Shown here one piece after another: positions 38,539-48,495 of a DNA stretch of 64,000 nucleotides. Numbering within the stretch: the stretch's first letter is position 1; every line of letters begins with the position of its first letter. The stretch lies in contig CAIJZX010000016.1 in NCBI GenBank assembly GCA_903825245.1, positions 66,100 to 130,099 on the forward strand, written 5' to 3'. The translations under genes were made by a program, and so were the position numbers. The notes below the pieces were generated by a model, which was not told where the DNA came from, ran no database searches, and saw nothing but the letters and a program-made list of their open reading frames with translations. Source of the stretch: Candidatus Kerfeldbacteria bacterium. Its GTDB lineage: Bacteria; Patescibacteriota; Patescibacteriia; SBBC01; CAIJZX01.

Positions 38539-39003
38539 TTACTCGACCTTCGTGATCGTATAGACTACTTGACCGCGTGGCGTATTGACGCTGACAGTAT
38601 CGCCAACTTTCTTCCCCAACAACGACTGACCGAGTGGCGATTCGTTGGAAATTTTTCCGGCTATTGGGTCCGCTTCGCTTGAACCGACGATGTGGAGTGT
38701 GTGGTGTTGACCATTATCAGCCTGCACAGTAGAGCCAACACGAATAACACCATTCCCCCCGGCATCCTCATCAATGATGCTGACATTTCGTAACGTTGAT
38801 TCGAGATCGGCAATACGGCCTTCGTTGTAGGCTTGCTCGTTCTTCGCTTCTTGGTATTCTGCGTTCTCGGAAAGATCACCGAGTTCTTTGGCTTCTTGAA
38901 TACGCGCCGCAATTTCCTTCCGACGAGTATGCACCAACAAGTTAAGCTCCAGTTCGAGTTTTTCGCGACCATCTTTGGTCAGATAGGTGACTTTATCGGA
39001 CAT
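38539..39003 (-). CDS. greA: Transcription elongation factor GreA
   Basis: N-terminal coiled coil with DLSENAEY, C-terminal FKBP-like domain. Confidence 0.85.
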   Translation of the reverse strand: MSDKVTYLTKDGREKLELELNLLVHTRRKEIAARIQEAKELGDLSENAEYQEAKNEQAYNEGRIADLESTLRNVSIIDEDAGGNGVIRVGSTVQADNGQHHTLHIVGSSEADPIAGKISNESPLGQSLLGKKVGDTVSVNTPRGQVVYTITKVE

Positions 39004-39186
39004 ACGTTTTACGTTTCAAATACGTCCCAAATGGGACGGCAGGGTCTGATGATACTCGTTCTTTATTCGGTTGTCAACAGCCGTGCTGGATAAGGAAAAG
39101 TCTTCTGGACAACTGCCCTGATAGCACAACAAACTTCTGTTCTTTGGTGTTTCAGGTTATCCACAGCACACCTTCACGATATCAGG

Positions 39187-41112
39187 CTATTGCGATTTCC
39201 CATCACCTTGTGTGAAGTACCATTCTAACCCAGCTTTCGCTACCGGCTGAGCAGCAAAATTTCCTTCACCGCCCGCTTCAACTAAAACTACGATCAAGAT
39301 TTGCGGCTTATCATATGGCGCATAAGCGGCATACCAAGAATGAGTTAAACCCTTATTGCCAAACTGAGCAGTACCGGTCTTTCCAGCGCTCGTTACTGGA
39401 AGTGTCAATAATGATTTTGAGGTTCCCGTAAGAACACCTTGGCGCATCCCCTCTTGAACCGTGCTTAACACACTCGCCGGAACAATATGGTCGTTAAGAA
39501 TAGTCGCTTGTTTTGTCTCAATGGTTTTTCCGTCGATATTCTTAACCGACATTTCTAGGTGCGGCTGATAGAGCGTCCCGCCATTCGCCACAGCACTCAA
39601 TGCGGCCGCAATTTGCAGCGGCGTCACCTCAAGATCGCCTTGGCCAATCGACAAGTGGTATGTATCGCCAAGTTTCCACGGCGAGGCGCGTTTTGTGGTC
39701 CGCCACTCCTTCGTCGGTAGGAGTCCGGCAACTTCAGACGGTAAATCGATACCTAACTTTTTACCCCAACCAAATTTTTGCAAGTAGCTGACAATGCGAT
39801 CAACTCCCAAGCCCGTAATGTTATCCAAGCCGCCACCGACCGCATAGAAAAAAGTATTTACCGAATCGGCCAGCGCTTTCGTCACATTGGTAATACCGTG
39901 ACCGCCAGCTTTCCAATCAGGAAAAAAGTCATTACCAACTTTAATACCACCGACGCTGTTTACGGTTGTGTTTGGTGTAATAGTTTTTTCAGTCAGCGCG
40001 GCTGAAGCAAGTAACGGTTTTATTAACGACCCGGACGGGTATTTTCCGGAAATTGCACGATTCAGTAATGGCTGGGAAGCCCCTTGAAGGAGAGATGTTA
40101 TTTCCGCGCTATGGCCAGAGGTAACAAACCAGTTGTCATCATAATTCGGTGCACTGACCATGGCTAACACTTCTCCGTTATTGGGATTGAGCGCAATTGC
40201 TGCACCACCAGGGCTTTTCAAGGAGCTGACCATCGACTGTAGTTGATCAGATAACACCTGTTGCAGGCCGAGATCGAGAGTAGTGATGACGGTATTCCCA
40301 GTTTGTGGGTCATGCTGGGCAATAACCCGCTGAATTTGATTGTGCACATCTCGTTCGACTTGATTAATGCCATCGATACCGGTTAGTGTACTGTCGTATT
40401 GGCGTTCCAAACCCGTCTTCCCGACAATATCGAGCGGATTAGCCGATGGATTCTGCTCCAGTTCAGTCGATGATATTCGGCCAGTATACCCAAGCACATT
40501 CGCACATGTGTTTGCTGTTGGATAGGAACGATTCGGTAAACTGATAATATTGACGCTCAGCATGGCGGCGGTCGAAATTATGTCGCGCATTGCTTCATCA
40601 TACGGAATATGTTCACGAATTGTAATTGGATCTGTCGAACGACGTTGCTTCGAAGCTAATGCTGTTGTGATGTCCATTAACGATGTACCGGTTGCTCCGC
40701 TGATATCCTGCAACATTTTCGAACGTTCAGCGACGTCTGTAGGGAGTTGAGCTGGTGTAATCGTCAAAACAAGATTCGGTGTATTATCTGCCAATACCGC
40801 GCCATGTCGATCAGTGATAACCCCACGCGGCGCCGGTGTGGTAACCGTACGAATACTGTTTCCCGCAGATCGGACGCGATACGTATTTCCTTGGGTGATT
40901 TGCAATTGGGCTAATCGACCAAGTAAAAAAAGGAGCAGGATGAAGCATCCAATAAACATCCCGGCGACGGAACGATGGCTGCGCAACGACATTAAGGATA
41001 TCGTTTCGGTCCCTGACCCGGCGACATCAAGTTCAACAGCATGACGGTATGCCGATCGCTGGAAACGCTCAACCGGGACACGGGTATCGGGTAAAAAGGG
41101 GTCGTGACGCAT
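39187..41112 (-). CDS. mrdA: Penicillin-binding protein 2 (peptidoglycan D,D-transpeptidase)
   Basis: N-terminal TM, dimerisation domain, transpeptidase motifs SLIKP, SxN and KTGTA. Directly upstream operon partner of mreDCB. Confidence 0.8.
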   Translation of the reverse strand: MRHDPFLPDTRVPVERFQRSAYRHAVELDVAGSGTETISLMSLRSHRSVAGMFIGCFILLLFLLGRLAQLQITQGNTYRVRSAGNSIRTVTTPAPRGVITDRHGAVLADNTPNLVLTITPAQLPTDVAERSKMLQDISGATGTSLMDITTALASKQRRSTDPITIREHIPYDEAMRDIISTAAMLSVNIISLPNRSYPTANTCANVLGYTGRISSTELEQNPSANPLDIVGKTGLERQYDSTLTGIDGINQVERDVHNQIQRVIAQHDPQTGNTVITTLDLGLQQVLSDQLQSMVSSLKSPGGAAIALNPNNGEVLAMVSAPNYDDNWFVTSGHSAEITSLLQGASQPLLNRAISGKYPSGSLIKPLLASAALTEKTITPNTTVNSVGGIKVGNDFFPDWKAGGHGITNVTKALADSVNTFFYAVGGGLDNITGLGVDRIVSYLQKFGWGKKLGIDLPSEVAGLLPTKEWRTTKRASPWKLGDTYHLSIGQGDLEVTPLQIAAALSAVANGGTLYQPHLEMSVKNIDGKTIETKQATILNDHIVPASVLSTVQEGMRQGVLTGTSKSLLTLPVTSAGKTGTAQFGNKGLTHSWYAAYAPYDKPQILIVVLVEAGGEGNFAAQPVAKAGLEWYFTQGDGKSQ

Positions 41113-41113
41113 G

Positions 41114-41641
41114 TTAAAATGATTGATAGAGTGACGTCGTCACTCGACCGTAGCGATCACGGCCGAGCACTCTCCAAAGTATCGACAAGAGCACGGGGTG
41201 AGTGACACATTGGCAAAGTGTCGCATACAACATGGTCACCGTATCGACATGGATATGTTGATGGTTGAGTGCCGCTTCGAGTAGACCGATACCGATTACG
41301 AGACCACCGTAGGTCACGGTCCCAGCAATAATTGAAGCCAAAAAACTCGCCGTCGAACGACTGGTCACGACGCGCTGACTTATCAGCCACGTGATAATAG
41401 TTGCACCGAGACAACCAATGACATACATACTCCCGCCCACCGCTGTCACGTACGAAAATAGTAGCCCTATAACCACCGCGGCTATTGCACCGATAGTTAG
41501 TCCATCAAGTACGGTGATAACAATGAGCACTAATACCGGTACATTGATAATCATTCTCCAACCAGAAAACATTCCACCCCAAGCAATATCACCACCAATA
41601 CACAGGAGTGCAACACCATATCCGTACCAACGTCGGTTCAT
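41114..41641 (-). CDS. mreD: Rod shape-determining protein MreD
   Basis: Polytopic membrane protein of about 176 aa. Start placed at the ATG at 41639-41641 (MNRRWYG...), 4 nt after the mreC stop. The longer listed ORF overlaps mreC out of frame. Confidence 0.55.
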   Translation of the reverse strand: MNRRWYGYGVALLCIGGDIAWGGMFSGWRMIINVPVLVLIVITVLDGLTIGAIAAVVIGLLFSYVTAVGGSMYVIGCLGATIITWLISQRVVTSRSTASFLASIIAGTVTYGGLVIGIGLLEAALNHQHIHVDTVTMLYATLCQCVTHPVLLSILWRVLGRDRYGRVTTSLYQSF

Positions 41642-41645
41642 GATA

Positions 41646-42458
41646 TTATCCAATAATAACCGCAACTGTTTGAAGTCCTTGGAGTGACGATGCGGGGTTG
41701 AGAGCGGCGCTCTGAAATAATTCTCCAACTCGTAGAGATATAGCGCTGATAGTACCGATAAGCACTCCAGGCGGGATACCTGCATCCGTGCCACTTGTGA
41801 CGATGGTCTGACCAACCTTAATACTATCGGTTTTTGGGATGTACTCCATCTGGAGCGTTAACCCGTGTTCTCCGTAAACGATACCTGGGCTCTGGACATC
41901 GTTTTGAACACGGGCACTAATAACCGATTGCCGATCAGAGATGAGCAACACCGTACTGGCAGCCTGATGAACGGCAACAACTTTCCCGACAACGTATCCA
42001 TTTTGATTGACCACAACCTGTCCGAGCTGAATACCAGCGGATGTTCCGTGGTTAATGATAATGCTTTGAATACCTGGATCCGGACTTGAAGCGATGACCG
42101 CTGCCGGGACGAGCTGGTGTTGAGTGGATTTCCCATACGCCGTGAGTTCTTGTAGGTTATGCGAAACTTCTATTTTCTGGTTTGCTTCAAAAAGTCGAGC
42201 TGTCAGATCGTCGACTTGATGCTGGAGTTGTTTGTTTTGTTTTTGGATCGACGAAGCCGACGGTGTGAATTGGAAAACTGAATGAATCCAATTGCCAACT
42301 CGGGCGATTGGTTGCAGAGTGCCAACCGCCGCCTGACCGATGAACCCACGAACCAGCGCCAGACTCAATCCGCCGACGATCACGATAACTATCACCAACC
42401 AACGCCAACGAAACCTTGGTCGGATAGCCATGTCAGATTCCCACTGCTTGGTCGTCAC
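41646..42458 (-). CDS. mreC: Rod shape-determining protein MreC
   Basis: N-terminal TM, coiled coil, beta-rich C-terminal domains. Confidence 0.75.
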   Translation of the reverse strand: MTTKQWESDMAIRPRFRWRWLVIVIVIVGGLSLALVRGFIGQAAVGTLQPIARVGNWIHSVFQFTPSASSIQKQNKQLQHQVDDLTARLFEANQKIEVSHNLQELTAYGKSTQHQLVPAAVIASSPDPGIQSIIINHGTSAGIQLGQVVVNQNGYVVGKVVAVHQAASTVLLISDRQSVISARVQNDVQSPGIVYGEHGLTLQMEYIPKTDSIKVGQTIVTSGTDAGIPPGVLIGTISAISLRVGELFQSAALNPASSLQGLQTVAVIIG

Positions 42459-43488
42459 TCGACATCACGAGGACATTCTTCATGACATTTAAATCCTCAA
42501 GTACAATTCCTGTCCCGCGAACAACCGCCGTGAGTGGGTCATCGGTAACATGAACGACCATGTGCGTCTCCGCATGAATAGCGTTCGACAATCCCCGCAG
42601 TAGCGCCCCACCACCAGATAGGACAATCCCCCGCTCGTAAATATCAGCCACGAGCTCCGGCGGCGTACTTTCAATGGTGGCTTTAATGTTTTCCACCATT
42701 TGTCGAACTGTTCGTTGCAAGGCGTCGTACACTTGTTTGCTGGTAATCGTTACTTCTCGCGGTAAGCCAGTGATAAGATCCCGCCCACGAACACGTGTTT
42801 CGACAACATTGCCATCGTCCCAAACTGTACCAATTTTTAGTTTAATTTCTTCAGCACTGCGTTCGCCAACTAATAAATTATATTGTTCACGAGCATATTG
42901 AATAATATCCTGATCCAACTTATTGCCGCCAATCCGAAGCGAACGCCAAGAAACTACACCACCGAGAGAAATAACAGCTATTTCCGTTGTTCCGCCGCCG
43001 ATATCGACAATCATCGTGCCAGAAGCTTCTTGAATTGGTAACCGGGCACCGATTGCCGCCGCCATAGGTTCTTCAATCAGGTAGACTTCGCGAGCACCAG
43101 CGTTGAGCGCCGCATCTTCTACCGCTTTTCGTTCGACTTCCGTAACTCCTAACGGTATGCCGACCACCACTCGCGGACGCGGCGCGAAGCCCATTGCTGG
43201 GCGCTGAACTTGATCAATAAAATACTTCAACATTTTTTCGGTTACTTCAAAATCTGAAATAACTCCGTCAACCAGTGGCTTAGTTGCGACAATATGACCA
43301 GGTGTTTTTCCCACCATGCGGCGAGCTGCTTCACCAACAGCTAGTACTTGATTCGTTTTGGTATTAATCGCCACAACCGATGGCTCGTTGATAACGATTC
43401 CTTTATCACGAACGTAGACCAGCGTATTTGCGGTACCTAGGTCAATTCCGAGATCGTGAGAAAAACGACTAAAAAGGTTATTCAACAT
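42433..43488 (-). CDS. mreB: Rod shape-determining protein MreB
   Basis: Actin-fold motifs DLGTANTLVYV, DIGGGTTEIAV. Confidence 0.9.
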   Translation of the reverse strand: MLNNLFSRFSHDLGIDLGTANTLVYVRDKGIVINEPSVVAINTKTNQVLAVGEAARRMVGKTPGHIVATKPLVDGVISDFEVTEKMLKYFIDQVQRPAMGFAPRPRVVVGIPLGVTEVERKAVEDAALNAGAREVYLIEEPMAAAIGARLPIQEASGTMIVDIGGGTTEIAVISLGGVVSWRSLRIGGNKLDQDIIQYAREQYNLLVGERSAEEIKLKIGTVWDDGNVVETRVRGRDLITGLPREVTITSKQVYDALQRTVRQMVENIKATIESTPPELVADIYERGIVLSGGGALLRGLSNAIHAETHMVVHVTDDPLTAVVRGTGIVLEDLNVMKNVLVMSSDDQAVGI

Positions 43489-43491
43489 ATA

Positions 43492-44586
43492 TTACCGGAA
43501 GAGTAAGCGAATTTGTTCAAGCAATCGGAATTTTGAAACATCACGAATACTCAAGAGAATTATGACCAGTAACAAGCCATAAAATCCGATAGTATGAACC
43601 GTGTTTTCAATTTTTGTGTCAACAGGACGCCCACGAAATTTCCCGATCACGAGAAATAGCGCTCGCCCACCATCAAGCGCCGGCAACGGCAAGAAGTTTA
43701 CGACCGCCAAACTAATTGATAGTATAGCCATAAATTGTACGGTCGCTGCGAAACCATACTGAATGACCTGCCCAGTCAAAACGGCAATCCCCACTGGACC
43801 AGAAACGTCCGAACTAACGCTGGCCGTAACCACGAGATCATGAAGGAGTTTCCAAAAACCTTGCAAGGTCTGACCAATTAATTGGCCAGTCGATTGTAAG
43901 CCATACCAGGGGGCGATGTACCACGCATACCGCACCGTCGTAACATTTTGAATTCCTAAACCGTACCGGGGAAGATTCGGATCCGTGTGTGGCGTGACAA
44001 TAATTTCTTTCGTTCTGCTTGCCCGCTGAACAACAATATGAAATACGGGATAATTATTGGCCTTGGCGTAGGTAATAATCTGGTCGGTCGTAGTAAAATG
44101 TTGATCATTGATGCTCACTACAACATCGCTCGATCGAAGACCGGCAGCAATAGCTGCCCCGCCATCACTAACTTGCACTTCCACGTGAGTGTTACTTTGA
44201 TGGGCGTAACGGTCATGCGGAACGGTCGTGGCGTCAGTTCGAACACCAAGTACGAGGGTAAAAGAAATTAACACCCAGGCCAGCAGCGCATTCATGGTTA
44301 CGCCCGCCGCCATCACAGCCAACTGCCGTGAAAATCGCGCTTGCGAAAAACTATCGGGTCGCTGTTTTTCATCGCCCGCTTCACCCTGCAGTCGCACAAA
44401 ACCGCCAAATGGTATCCAGTTTAACGTGTATTCCGTACCTCCACGTTTCCAACCGATAATACGCGGCGGAAAACCGAACCCGAATTCTTCGACCGCAATG
44501 CCTGAACGGCGAGCAACAACAAAATGCCCTAACTCATGAACGAAGACTAAAATGCCAAGGATGATGACGAACGCCAGAATAGTCAC
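43492..44586 (-). CDS. rseP: RIP metalloprotease RseP (site-2 protease, M50)
   Basis: HELGHF zinc motif, PDZ domain, LDGG motif. Confidence 0.85.
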   Translation of the reverse strand: MTILAFVIILGILVFVHELGHFVVARRSGIAVEEFGFGFPPRIIGWKRGGTEYTLNWIPFGGFVRLQGEAGDEKQRPDSFSQARFSRQLAVMAAGVTMNALLAWVLISFTLVLGVRTDATTVPHDRYAHQSNTHVEVQVSDGGAAIAAGLRSSDVVVSINDQHFTTTDQIITYAKANNYPVFHIVVQRASRTKEIIVTPHTDPNLPRYGLGIQNVTTVRYAWYIAPWYGLQSTGQLIGQTLQGFWKLLHDLVVTASVSSDVSGPVGIAVLTGQVIQYGFAATVQFMAILSISLAVVNFLPLPALDGGRALFLVIGKFRGRPVDTKIENTVHTIGFYGLLLVIILLSIRDVSKFRLLEQIRLLFR

Positions 44587-44587
44587 G

Positions 44588-45133
44588 TTATATCAGCGTC
44601 AGTTCATCATGCTTTTTTTTGACGATCGTTTCGATCAACCGCAATTGCTCCTCAACAGATTGTTGAAGTTTTTTTAATTCTACCTCGAGTACGTCTTCTG
44701 AAATTTCCGACTGATCCTTCGCTTTTCGTAATTGTTTTATAATGTCTTCCCGAATCGATCGAATCCGAACTCGAGCACTTTCGCCAAGTTCATTCGATTG
44801 TTTGGTCATCAGTATTCGACGTTCTTCGGTCATCGACGGGAATGGTAATCGAATAGTTTTTCCGTCAACGACGGGCGTGATGCCAAGCTGCGACTTCGTC
44901 AACGCCTTCTCGATGTCCTTTGTAATACTTGAATCCCAAGGCTGAATCACAATCAGACGCGGTTCTGGTGCCGCAATCGCCGCCAATTGCTGAAGCGGCG
45001 TCATCGTGCCGTAGGCTTCGACCATCAGATCCTCTACTAACGACGGATTGGCTCGCCCGGTACGGATGGACTGCAATTCGTGCTGAAGATGCTCAACGGC
45101 TTTATTTGCTTGTTCGGAAAAATCGTGAACCAT
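44588..45133 (-). CDS. frr: Ribosome recycling factor
   Basis: Typical 181-aa RRF with the C-terminal helical bundle sequence. Confidence 0.9.
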   Translation of the reverse strand: MVHDFSEQANKAVEHLQHELQSIRTGRANPSLVEDLMVEAYGTMTPLQQLAAIAAPEPRLIVIQPWDSSITKDIEKALTKSQLGITPVVDGKTIRLPFPSMTEERRILMTKQSNELGESARVRIRSIREDIIKQLRKAKDQSEISEDVLEVELKKLQQSVEEQLRLIETIVKKKHDELTLI

Positions 45134-45138
45134 AAGAA

Positions 45139-46194
45139 TTATTTTTTGGCAGTAAAGGTAGCGAAGTACAATCGATCTTTGACATTCGGATCAAACGTCA
45201 ATAGCACCGGCAAACGCGAGGTCGGCAACGACACGACTGACCAGTTTTGACCACCATTCGTCGTGTGCTGAATCTGCTGTCCGGAGGTAATAAATATCTC
45301 GGAAGCATTATTGGGATTCACCGCTACGGTTTGAATGGCCACACTACCGTTTGTCACTAAATTATGAATGCTCGCCCAGGTTCCACCATGATCCGTACTC
45401 GCCAACAAACCGTAGGCTGTGGCTAAATACCACCCATGCGGCGTAATATCAATCTGGCGAATATCTGTAGCCCCAGCAAAAGTTTGTAAGGCCGGCGTCA
45501 TGTCCACCCATTCTTGTCCGAGCCTGAGACTATGAAAAATGCCGTTGGTTCGAGTGAAGATATAGAGTTGGTCTGGAGCCTCGGGTGGAATATAGAGTAA
45601 TCGCGGTTGAATTGCGGCCAGTGTATGGATAAGCGTCCAATGGAGCCCATAATCCGTACTCAGAATAATTTTTCCACCTGACGTCGTTGCCCAAATAATA
45701 TTGCCATTTGCCGGACTCACTTGTACGCAGTTCACCGCCTGACCTGGTTGAGGTTCGGTGTAGACCGTTGACCACGATTGGCCACCATCAATGCTCTTGA
45801 GTATAATTTGCCCAGCCGTCGTGTACATCACTTGTGAATTCAGTGGGTCAAAGGCTAAACATTCATAATCACCAGCACGAATGGATGTCGACTTCCAGGT
45901 ATCGCCGCTATTCGTGGTTGACCAAATACCATTCGCCAGGGTCCCAATATATATAGTCCCACTGGCTGAGGGAATAAAATTGAGTGTCCGGGTTGTGACA
46001 TTGCCGATATTTACTTGGCCATTTTTGTTCGTCCCAACGTAATTTTTCTGTTGCCACGTTTGTCCGTGATCATCGGACCTAAAAATACCACCGTCAAGAC
46101 GAGTTGTGCCACCGATGTTGATTGAACAACTTTGCCCCATCAGCACTAAGCCGACGCTGAGCAGTGCAAGTTTAGACCATGTGGAGGTCGTCAT
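45139..46194 (-). CDS. Secreted BNR/Asp-box repeat beta-propeller protein
   Basis: Signal peptide. Repeated S/T-x-D-x-G-x-T/S-W Asp-boxes: DHGQTW, SGDTWK, DGGQSW, DYGLHW, DHGGTW, NGGQNW. Confidence 0.6.
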   Translation of the reverse strand: MTTSTWSKLALLSVGLVLMGQSCSINIGGTTRLDGGIFRSDDHGQTWQQKNYVGTNKNGQVNIGNVTTRTLNFIPSASGTIYIGTLANGIWSTTNSGDTWKSTSIRAGDYECLAFDPLNSQVMYTTAGQIILKSIDGGQSWSTVYTEPQPGQAVNCVQVSPANGNIIWATTSGGKIILSTDYGLHWTLIHTLAAIQPRLLYIPPEAPDQLYIFTRTNGIFHSLRLGQEWVDMTPALQTFAGATDIRQIDITPHGWYLATAYGLLASTDHGGTWASIHNLVTNGSVAIQTVAVNPNNASEIFITSGQQIQHTTNGGQNWSVVSLPTSRLPVLLTFDPNVKDRLYFATFTAKK

Positions 46195-47137
46195 AAAGTA
46201 GTTGTGGTTGAAGCGAATCGGAAAAGGATGAACGTTGGAGGTAGGCTTCGGCGATACGTTGAAGTTTTTTCAGTGGCAGCCTGGTTAACGATATAACAGT
46301 CTCCTCAGGCCACAGTCGGCGCGTGGTACAACCAATGCCCGCTAACAGTACCTCGCGCACGATGAGTTCTTCGTATTCGAGCTGGTGCAAGAGTATATCT
46401 CGTCGATCGGCTGCGGAGCGAGCTGGTGCCGATAAGGTTCCGTTCATAAATCCCGTGCTGAACTCCCGTACACGTTGTCGCTCGTCTGCCGCTTGATCGA
46501 CGTTTTCGACATAGCGCCGTAACCACCCCGGACGACCCGCTGCGCGCTGAGCCGCAACAGATGTTGCTCCCTGGCGCAGGGTTTTTGGATTCACTAATGA
46601 CCATTGGAAGTGCGTCAACCGTGAACGAAGTGTCGGCAGAAGTTGTTCCGGCACTGAACTCGTCATAAGCACACGAACATGCGGTGGTAATTCTTCAAGA
46701 AATTTTAACAACATGTTGCCGGCTTGTTCCGTAAGTCGTTCTGCATCCGGAATGAACAGCCAGCGCTCTTCACTACCCCACGCTACAGTCATATATGTCC
46801 GCAGCGTGGTGCGAATCTCTTCGACACCAATGGAGGCCGCCGATGTCATTCCCAATTCCGCCACGTTTGGATGCTGATGACTAAGGCGTTGTCGGCAATC
46901 CGAACAGGTACCACACGGTCGCAGATGATCACTGTGACACAGGGCATACTGAATGACCCATTGCGCGAAAGTAGCTTTACCTAGCGATCGTGGGCCGCAG
47001 AAGAGAACCGCTTTTGGTAAGCGTTCGTCATCCAGTAAACCAATAAAACGCTGAATAAGTTCTTCGTTGCCGACGAAGTGAAAAGGTCGTGCTTGAGCAG
47101 TCGTAGGAGTCTTCACAGAACGAAATGACTGTACCAT
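46172..47137 (-). CDS. holB: DNA polymerase III delta' subunit
   Basis: AAA+ clamp-loader fold with a degenerate Walker A (GPRSLGKATFAQ), Zn module C..C..CxxC, SRC-less delta' pattern. Confidence 0.65.
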   Translation of the reverse strand: MVQSFRSVKTPTTAQARPFHFVGNEELIQRFIGLLDDERLPKAVLFCGPRSLGKATFAQWVIQYALCHSDHLRPCGTCSDCRQRLSHQHPNVAELGMTSAASIGVEEIRTTLRTYMTVAWGSEERWLFIPDAERLTEQAGNMLLKFLEELPPHVRVLMTSSVPEQLLPTLRSRLTHFQWSLVNPKTLRQGATSVAAQRAAGRPGWLRRYVENVDQAADERQRVREFSTGFMNGTLSAPARSAADRRDILLHQLEYEELIVREVLLAGIGCTTRRLWPEETVISLTRLPLKKLQRIAEAYLQRSSFSDSLQPQLLYDDLHMV

Positions 47138-47147
47138 ATTTGTCAGC

Positions 47148-48350
47148 TTATTGCAATCCAGCGGCCATAAGCACTGCCCGCGTCTCCATAGCAGTGTTTT
47201 CCCAAGTATAACGTCGAACTAGCACTCCACCCCGACGAATAAGTATCTGACGAAGTTCTTCGTTATGATCAATATCCTGTAATGCGGCTACGACAGTCGA
47301 TATATTTTCCGTATCCACAAAGCATGCAGCCTCACCGAGCACTTCGGGTAATGATCCATGACGACTGGCCACCACCGGCACTCCGGCACTGAGTGATTCT
47401 AAAGCCGGAATACCAAATCCTTCATATTGGGAAATAAAGAGCAATGCTCGAGCTGACACTTGTAAAACCGCCACATCATCATCGGATTGCCAGCCAAGAA
47501 CATGAATGAATTCCACAACTGCTGGATCTGTTACCACTGACCGCATAGCGTCCCAACCAAATCCCGGCCGTCCGACTAATACCAGGTCGATTGGATGCGC
47601 TGATTGTTTTCGATACGTAAGATACGCCTGGACTGTGAGGGCGATGTTTTTTTTCGTCTCCAATCGTCCGAGAAACAAGAAGAATGGCCGCGTCAATCCT
47701 AACCGCTTCAATGTTGAAGCACGTGCAACTACTTTCAATGATTGAAAATACTCCGCTTGACGTACGCCTAACGGTGTGACAGTTATACGTTCCGGTTCAA
47801 CCTTGAGGGTGTCAATAATTTCTCGTTTGGAGAATTCCGATACGGTCAGTATTCGACGGCACGCCCGGATCGCCTGTCGCACTGACCAGCGATGATAATC
47901 GCGCTCCGATGCATTGTAACGGCCAAACGTAGCGATTCGTACACACAGTAAGACAAGTGGCCGAAACCAACCCAACCGTCGCTGTATCCGATCCTGATAT
48001 AACTCCGGAAATCGTTCAAAAGCAACATCATGAATCGTGGTTATTGTATTCTTCGGATGGAAAATCGGTACGGTATCAGCCGGAACAAAAAGGATGTCCG
48101 GACGACACCAAAGCATTTCCCACGACAACCGAAGATGCGACCACAAAAATCCTAACCGCCAGTGCAACACTCGCACCTCTGTGTGTATTCCGAGATCGCC
48201 AAAATCATTCCGTAACGGTTCACGAACATACAAACGGACAATATGGTTATTCAGCGTCGGAACAATTCTCCGAATCACTTCCCACGCGTACCGTTCCGTG
48301 CCGGTTCGTTCGGCGACGTTTGCCCGCGAAGCATCAATGCCGATAATCAT
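47148..48350 (-). CDS. Family-4 (GT-B) glycosyltransferase
   Basis: EGFGIPALESLSAGVPVVAS signature. Confidence 0.75.
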   Translation of the reverse strand: MIIGIDASRANVAERTGTERYAWEVIRRIVPTLNNHIVRLYVREPLRNDFGDLGIHTEVRVLHWRLGFLWSHLRLSWEMLWCRPDILFVPADTVPIFHPKNTITTIHDVAFERFPELYQDRIQRRLGWFRPLVLLCVRIATFGRYNASERDYHRWSVRQAIRACRRILTVSEFSKREIIDTLKVEPERITVTPLGVRQAEYFQSLKVVARASTLKRLGLTRPFFLFLGRLETKKNIALTVQAYLTYRKQSAHPIDLVLVGRPGFGWDAMRSVVTDPAVVEFIHVLGWQSDDDVAVLQVSARALLFISQYEGFGIPALESLSAGVPVVASRHGSLPEVLGEAACFVDTENISTVVAALQDIDHNEELRQILIRRGGVLVRRYTWENTAMETRAVLMAAGLQ

Positions 48351-48352
48351 TT

Positions 48353-48495
48353 ACCCCGTTAGACAATAGTGAATAAAAATGATGACGCCGGCAACAACTC
48401 TTAGTACTCGTTGTTTTCCACTTACCGCCTTGCTTGATAGGTGAACCCCCCTGCTCTCCGTACAGAAAACTTTTAATTGTATTGTCTAACGGGGT
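48353..48495 (-). repeat. CCCGTTAGA-family palindromic bridge element (d), between the mreB-paralog stop and the GT4 ATG
   Basis: Perfect 16-bp inverted repeat ACCCCGTTAGACAATA (48353-48368) / TATTGTCTAACGGGGT (48480-48495). The left arm lies 2 nt from the GT4 start codon. The right arm abuts the stop of the upstream gene. Confidence 0.6.

Noticed and set aside
39004-39186. A chromosomal replication origin, because of the perfect DnaA box.
   Set aside because: There is only one perfect box and one weak box, no AT-rich unwinding element, no dnaA or dnaN nearby, and the flanking genes are co-directional.
41643-41815. The longer MreD ORF (233 aa) starting at 41815.
   Set aside because: Its first 58 codons overlap the mreC C-terminus out of frame and are not hydrophobic. 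The internal ATG 4 nt after the mreC stop gives a typical MreD of about 176 aa.
4908-48495. The CCCGTTAGA...TCTAACGGG elements could be integron attC sites (variable interior, 57-141 bp, conserved GTT/AAC cores).
   Set aside because: attC sites read 5'-RYYYAAC...GTTRRRY-3' on either strand. These read 5'-GTTAGAG...CTCTAAC-3', the opposite arrangement. They are also positioned stop-to-start with the arm abutting the ATG rather than downstream of cassette ORFs, and no intI gene is present.
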